Origin: Verrucomicrobiaceae bacterium
GTDB taxonomy: Bacteria > Verrucomicrobiota > Verrucomicrobiia > Verrucomicrobiales > Akkermansiaceae
Direction: 5' to 3'
Assembly: GCA_051252135.1 (NCBI GenBank)
Contig: JBPOGH010000005.1
Coordinates: forward strand, 160,001-224,000
DNA length: 64,000 nt
This document shows, piece by piece, positions 59,686-64,000 of this stretch. Within the stretch, counting starts at the first letter, position 1. Each line of letters opens with the position of its first letter. A model generated the notes under the pieces. That model had not been told where the DNA came from. It made no database searches and worked only from the letters and a program-made list of their open reading frames with translations. Made by a program: the position numbers and the translations under genes.

Positions 59686-61029
59686 ATGAAACGATTCCTG
59701 ATCGCCCTCTTCGGCTCCCTCACCCTCCTCCGGGCCGCCGAACAACCCAACGTCGTCCTCATCCTCTCCGATGACCAATCGTGGAACGACTATTCCTTCA
59801 TGGGACACGACATCATCGAAACTCCCCGCCTCGATCAATTCGCCGCCGAATCCCTCACCTACACCCGCGGCTACGTCACCTCCCCCCTCTGCCGCCCCTC
59901 CCTCGCCTCCATCTTCACCGGCATGCACACCCCCCACCACGGCATCACCGGAAACGACCTTCGCACCGACAAAGGAGTCAACGGCCAACGCTCCCGCATC
60001 CACCCGGACTGGGCCCCCAAGCACGAACACCTCTACGCCTCCTTCCAAAAACACCCCAACCTCGCCCGCTCCCTCACCGATGCCGGCTACCTCTCCCTCC
60101 AAACCGGAAAATTCTGGGAAGGCAAACCCCAACGCCACGGCTTCACCCACGCCATGACCCACGCCGACCCCAAACGCGGCGGCCGCCACGGCGACGAGGG
60201 CCTCAAAATCTCCCGCAACGGCATCGCCCCCATCAAAACCTTCCTCGATGAAGCCAAAGAAAAACAAAAACCCTTCTTCATCTGGCACGCCCCCTTCCTC
60301 CCCCACACCCCGCACAACCCACCACAGGAACTCTACCACAAATACCTCGCACTCGAGCCCAATAAGTTCGTCGCCCGCTACTACGCCATGGTCGAGTGGT
60401 TCGATCAAACCTGTGGCCAACTCTTCGACGAACTCGACGCCCGCGGCCTCGCCGAAAACACCATCGTCCTCTACGTCACCGACAACGGCTGGATCCAATC
60501 ATCAGAAGACGCCCGCTACGCTCCCCAGTCCAAACAGGAACCACACGACACCGGCATCCGCACCCCCATCATGGTCCGCTGGACCGGAACGATCGCCCCC
60601 AGGATGGACAAGAACACCCTCGTCTCCGCCATCGATCTCGCCCCCACCATCCTCAAAGCCTGCGGTGTCCAAACTCCCGACACCATGACCGGCCTCGACC
60701 TCCGCGATACCGACGCCCTCAAAAAGCGCAACATCGTCTACGGCTACGATGGCAACCACGACATGTTCGACTTCCAAAACACCACCACCAACTGCGAGTC
60801 CCGCTACCTCGTCCAGGGTGACTGGAAACTCATCCTCCATAACAACGACGCCACCTTCGAAAAAACCTACCACGGACGCTACACCGGTCGCCCCGACAAC
60901 CGCGAAGGCAAACCCGAGCTCTACAACCTCAAGGACGACCCCTTCGAGAAATCCAACCTCGCCCCCAAACACCCCGAAAAAGTCGAAGCCCTCACCAAAG
61001 CCCTCAACGCCTGGTGGTCCCCCAACTAG
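59686..61029 (+). CDS. Sulfatase family protein
   Basis: PNVVLILSDDQ, CRPSLASIFTG, TDNG and ELYNLKDDPFE motifs. Confidence 0.9.
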   Translation: MKRFLIALFGSLTLLRAAEQPNVVLILSDDQSWNDYSFMGHDIIETPRLDQFAAESLTYTRGYVTSPLCRPSLASIFTGMHTPHHGITGNDLRTDKGVNGQRSRIHPDWAPKHEHLYASFQKHPNLARSLTDAGYLSLQTGKFWEGKPQRHGFTHAMTHADPKRGGRHGDEGLKISRNGIAPIKTFLDEAKEKQKPFFIWHAPFLPHTPHNPPQELYHKYLALEPNKFVARYYAMVEWFDQTCGQLFDELDARGLAENTIVLYVTDNGWIQSSEDARYAPQSKQEPHDTGIRTPIMVRWTGTIAPRMDKNTLVSAIDLAPTILKACGVQTPDTMTGLDLRDTDALKKRNIVYGYDGNHDMFDFQNTTTNCESRYLVQGDWKLILHNNDATFEKTYHGRYTGRPDNREGKPELYNLKDDPFEKSNLAPKHPEKVEALTKALNAWWSPN

Positions 61030-61036
61030 GGAAGCA

Positions 61037-62563
61037 CTATCGGCGTAATCTGGGAGCAGAATACCCCTGCTCTCGAATCTTCTCCAGCAGCGCCGTCATC
61101 GCCTTCACCCTTCCCGGGTGCTTCGCCGCCAGATTCACCCGCTGACCCGGATCATTCTTAAAATGATAGAGCTCCACCGGCCCTTTATCATCCTTCGGAT
61201 ACCCGTGCCGCTCCTCCCAGCCCGCGTTCCTCCCCGAGTGATACCCCGTCTTCGCCACCACTAAAATCCACTCCCCGACCCGGATCGCATACGCCCCCTG
61301 GTTCGTATTGTGCACATGGCTCGTCCGGACCGACTCCACCTCACCCTTCAGAAGAGGCAACAAATCATGCGAATCCTCCGCCGCATTCTTTTCCGGTAAT
61401 TCAAATCCTGTCACCGCTGCCAGCGTCGCCATCACATCAATCTGTGACACCAACGCATCGCTCACCGATCCCGCCTTCGTCACCCCCGGATAACGGACCA
61501 TAAACGGCACATGATGCCCGCCTTCATAAATGTCGCGCTTCAGCCCGCGGAACGGATGAGAGGACCAATGCCCGTATTTCTCATCCCGCGCATACGCATA
61601 ACGCTCCGATCCATTGTCCGCCGAGAAAATCACAATCGTCTCCTCCGCCTGCCCCGATTCCTCCAGCGCCTTCAGCAACTGCCCAATCGAGTCATCCGTT
61701 TCATAAACAAAATCCCCGTAAGGCCCCGCCTCCGATTTCCCGTCAAACTCATCATTCGGAATGATCGGCGCATGCGGTGAAGGATACGCAAAAAACAAAA
61801 AGAACGGCTTCTCCGTTTTCGCCTGCTTCTTAATATATTCCACCCCCTTGCGAGTCGTCGTCGGAATATTCTCATAAGGATCCCAGTCACTCGTCATCGG
61901 CCCCGGCCGGCACTCCCAATTCCCCTCCTTGATCTTCTTCCACTTCGCCGTGTCCATCAACGTGTCCGGAGCCTTCACCACCTTGTCATTCTCGATCCAG
62001 CAATAGGGCGGAAAATTAATCACGGTATCACCAAAGTAATAATCAAACCCATGCGCCAACGGCCCGTCCGGAATCGACTTCGACCAATCGAAATCTTCCG
62101 GCCCAAACTGCGGCTTCTTCCGCTTCCCGTCCACCACCGTTACCGCCTTCGCGCCCGGCTTCTTAATCGCCTCCCAATCCCAACCCAAATGCCACTTCCC
62201 GATCGCCGCCGTGTCATACCCCTTCTCCTTCATCATCTCCGGTAAGGTCAGCCCCTCCGCCTTGAAAACCGATCCGCCAAAGGCATTCACAATCCCATGA
62301 AAATCCCGCCAATGATGCCGCCCCGTTAGCAGGGCATAACGCGATGGCGTGCAAATCCCCGACGAGGAATGCCCGTCCGTAAACTGCATCGACTCCTTCG
62401 CAAACTGATCCAGATGCGGCGTCGGGATCTTCGAGTCCTTGTTGTAGCATCCCAAATCCCCAAACCCCAAATCATCCGCATACAAAATCAGCACATTCGG
62501 CTGCTTCGCCGAAAGGTTCATCCAGGGCATCAACAACAAAGGGACGAAAGAGCGCAATTTCAT
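61037..62563 (-). CDS. Arylsulfatase family protein
   Basis: ADDLG, CTPSRYALLTG, GKWHLG and EGGHHVP motifs. Confidence 0.93.
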   Translation of the reverse strand: MKLRSFVPLLLMPWMNLSAKQPNVLILYADDLGFGDLGCYNKDSKIPTPHLDQFAKESMQFTDGHSSSGICTPSRYALLTGRHHWRDFHGIVNAFGGSVFKAEGLTLPEMMKEKGYDTAAIGKWHLGWDWEAIKKPGAKAVTVVDGKRKKPQFGPEDFDWSKSIPDGPLAHGFDYYFGDTVINFPPYCWIENDKVVKAPDTLMDTAKWKKIKEGNWECRPGPMTSDWDPYENIPTTTRKGVEYIKKQAKTEKPFFLFFAYPSPHAPIIPNDEFDGKSEAGPYGDFVYETDDSIGQLLKALEESGQAEETIVIFSADNGSERYAYARDEKYGHWSSHPFRGLKRDIYEGGHHVPFMVRYPGVTKAGSVSDALVSQIDVMATLAAVTGFELPEKNAAEDSHDLLPLLKGEVESVRTSHVHNTNQGAYAIRVGEWILVVAKTGYHSGRNAGWEERHGYPKDDKGPVELYHFKNDPGQRVNLAAKHPGRVKAMTALLEKIREQGYSAPRLRR

Positions 62564-62642
62564 AGGAGAAGGTTACCCCGACAGCCTTGCACAAATTTCA
62601 CCCCTTTGACACATTCCAAACCTTCTCCTCGTATATTGCCCA

Positions 62643-64000
62643 ATGCGTCTCTGGCCCGTCATCTTCCTTTCTCTCCTCAGCGGAATCCTCTCCGCCGATG
62701 ACTTCGTCGCCAAAACCCGCCCCTTCCTCGAAAAACACTGCATCGCCTGCCACGGCGAGGACAAACGAAAAGGCGACATCGTCCTCCACGATCTCAACTC
62801 ACTCGACGACGCCTTCAAAAAATACCGCCTCCTCGAGAACATCATCGACCAGGTCCACTACCAGGACATGCCCCCCGATGACCATGACGTCCTCCCCTCC
62901 GATGACGAACGCAAAGCCTTCATCAAAACCCTCTCTGAAGTCACCGACCGCATCAAATCCGGCGACGTCCCCCAGCTCGCCGGTCGCACCACCCTCCGCC
63001 GCCTCAATAAGAACGAATACAACGCAACCGTTCGCGACCTCTTCGGCGTCAACTTCAACCCCGGCGCAAACTTCCCTGCCGATGGCGCCGGTGGCGAAGG
63101 CTTCGATAACATGGCCGACGCCCTCTTCTCCTCGCCCAGCCTCCTCGAGAAATATCTCAATGCCGCTAAAAAAGTCGTCGCCTCCGTCTACTCCAGCCCT
63201 GCTCTAAAAGGCAAAGTCATCTTCGCCTCCCCCTCCAAGCCCGACCAAGCCCAGTCCACTGCCGAAAAGGTCCTCAACTACCACGCCACTCTCGCCTACC
63301 GCCGCCGCGTCTCCGATGAAGACATGGCCCCCCTCCTCTCCGCCTTCGCCAAAGGCCAACAATCCGGACTCTCCTACAGCGACTCCCTCCGCGCCCCCCT
63401 CACCGCCCTCCTCATCAATCCCCGCTTCCTCTTCCGCGCCGAGCACGACCAATCAGGAAAAGAAGAATGGCGCCTCACCGACTTCGAGATCGCCACCCGC
63501 CTCTCCTACTTCCTCTGGTCCTCCATGCCCGACCGCGAACTCTTCCGCATCGCCGATGAAGGAAAACTCAGCGATCCCGAAGTCCTCAAAGCCCAGGTCC
63601 TCCGCATGATCGACAGCCCCAAGTCTGACGCCTTCGCCAAGCACTTCGCCGGACAATGGCTCGGATTCAAAAAAATGATCGATGAGGTCGAGCCCGACCC
63701 CGAACGCTTCCCCGAGTTCAACAACGAACTCCGCCGCGCCATGTACTACGAGGGCCTCGAATTCTTCACCCACCTCGTTCGCGAAAACCGCCCCATCACC
63801 GAGCTCATCGATAGCGACTACACCTTCGCCAACGCCACCCTCGCCAAGCACTACGACCTCAAGGAAAAGGTCACTGGCAAGAAGCTTCAAAAAGTCACTC
63901 TCCATAACAAAAACCGCGGCGGCGTCCTCGGCATGGGAGCCATCCTCACCTCCACCTCCCTCCCCCTTCGCACCAGCCCCGTCCACCGCGGCGTCTGGAT
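62643..64000 (+). CDS. DUF1592/DUF1588-family protein with an N-terminal planctomycete-type cytochrome c domain; runs off the window
   Basis: Manual translation from ATG 62643: [41 protein letters not shown] and RTSPVHRG. Confidence 0.88.
   Translation, partial: MRLWPVIFLSLLSGILSADDFVAKTRPFLEKHCIACHGEDKRKGDIVLHDLNSLDDAFKKYRLLENIIDQVHYQDMPPDDHDVLPSDDERKAFIKTLSEVTDRIKSGDVPQLAGRTTLRRLNKNEYNATVRDLFGVNFNPGANFPADGAGGEGFDNMADALFSSPSLLEKYLNAAKKVVASVYSSPALKGKVIFASPSKPDQAQSTAEKVLNYHATLAYRRRVSDEDMAPLLSAFAKGQQSGLSYSDSLRAPLTALLINPRFLFRAEHDQSGKEEWRLTDFEIATRLSYFLWSSMPDRELFRIADEGKLSDPEVLKAQVLRMIDSPKSDAFAKHFAGQWLGFKKMIDEVEPDPERFPEFNNELRRAMYYEGLEFFTHLVRENRPITELIDSDYTFANATLAKHYDLKEKVTGKKLQKVTLHNKNRGGVLGMGAILTSTSLPLRTSPVHRGVW

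Noticed and set aside
1070..63986. Numerous long Pro/Ser/Thr-rich or Gly/Val/Glu-rich alternative ORFs in the track (e.g. 8317-9384, 14379-15935, 54742-56169)
   Set aside because: They are shadow ORFs caused by high GC and the strong C skew, and they overlap well-supported genes
1..64000. Genome-wide TGA reassignment (genetic code 4 or 25)
   Set aside because: Many intact genes end at TGA where their proteins should end (vapC, tonB, ppc, deoA), and prfB is present

Overview
A 64-kb, gene-dense, GC-rich chromosomal segment, most likely from a Verrucomicrobiota (PVC) bacterium, judged from PEP-CTERM proteins, sulfatases, a DUF1592-type cytochrome c protein and lamin-tail/CotH proteins. It is mostly housekeeping and envelope genes: exbBD-tonB, pheT, deoA, recO, prfB with a +1 frameshift, ppc, NAD kinase, rpoA-rplQ, photolyase, rpsP, tRNA-Ser(CGA), a metal ABC transporter and a MoxR-DUF58-transglutaminase cluster. 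Accessory elements are a VapBC-type TA pair and a REP-flanked RAYT transposase. The most striking signal is two genes that the ORF track splits at an in-frame TGA lying exactly where a redox cysteine is expected, each followed by a SECIS-like hairpin. One is a signal-peptide, thioredoxin-like UxxC protein with an SHD1-like tail (11291-11968); the other is a MoeB-rhodanese fusion (28792-29907). Both are probable selenoproteins. Other unexplained structure includes a probable small ncRNA (37350-37440, minus strand), tandem repeats copying the tRNA 3' end, tandem palindromic operators, apparently leaderless promoters, and an extreme strand-wide C-over-G skew. All calls are by-eye motif recognition; no searches were run.
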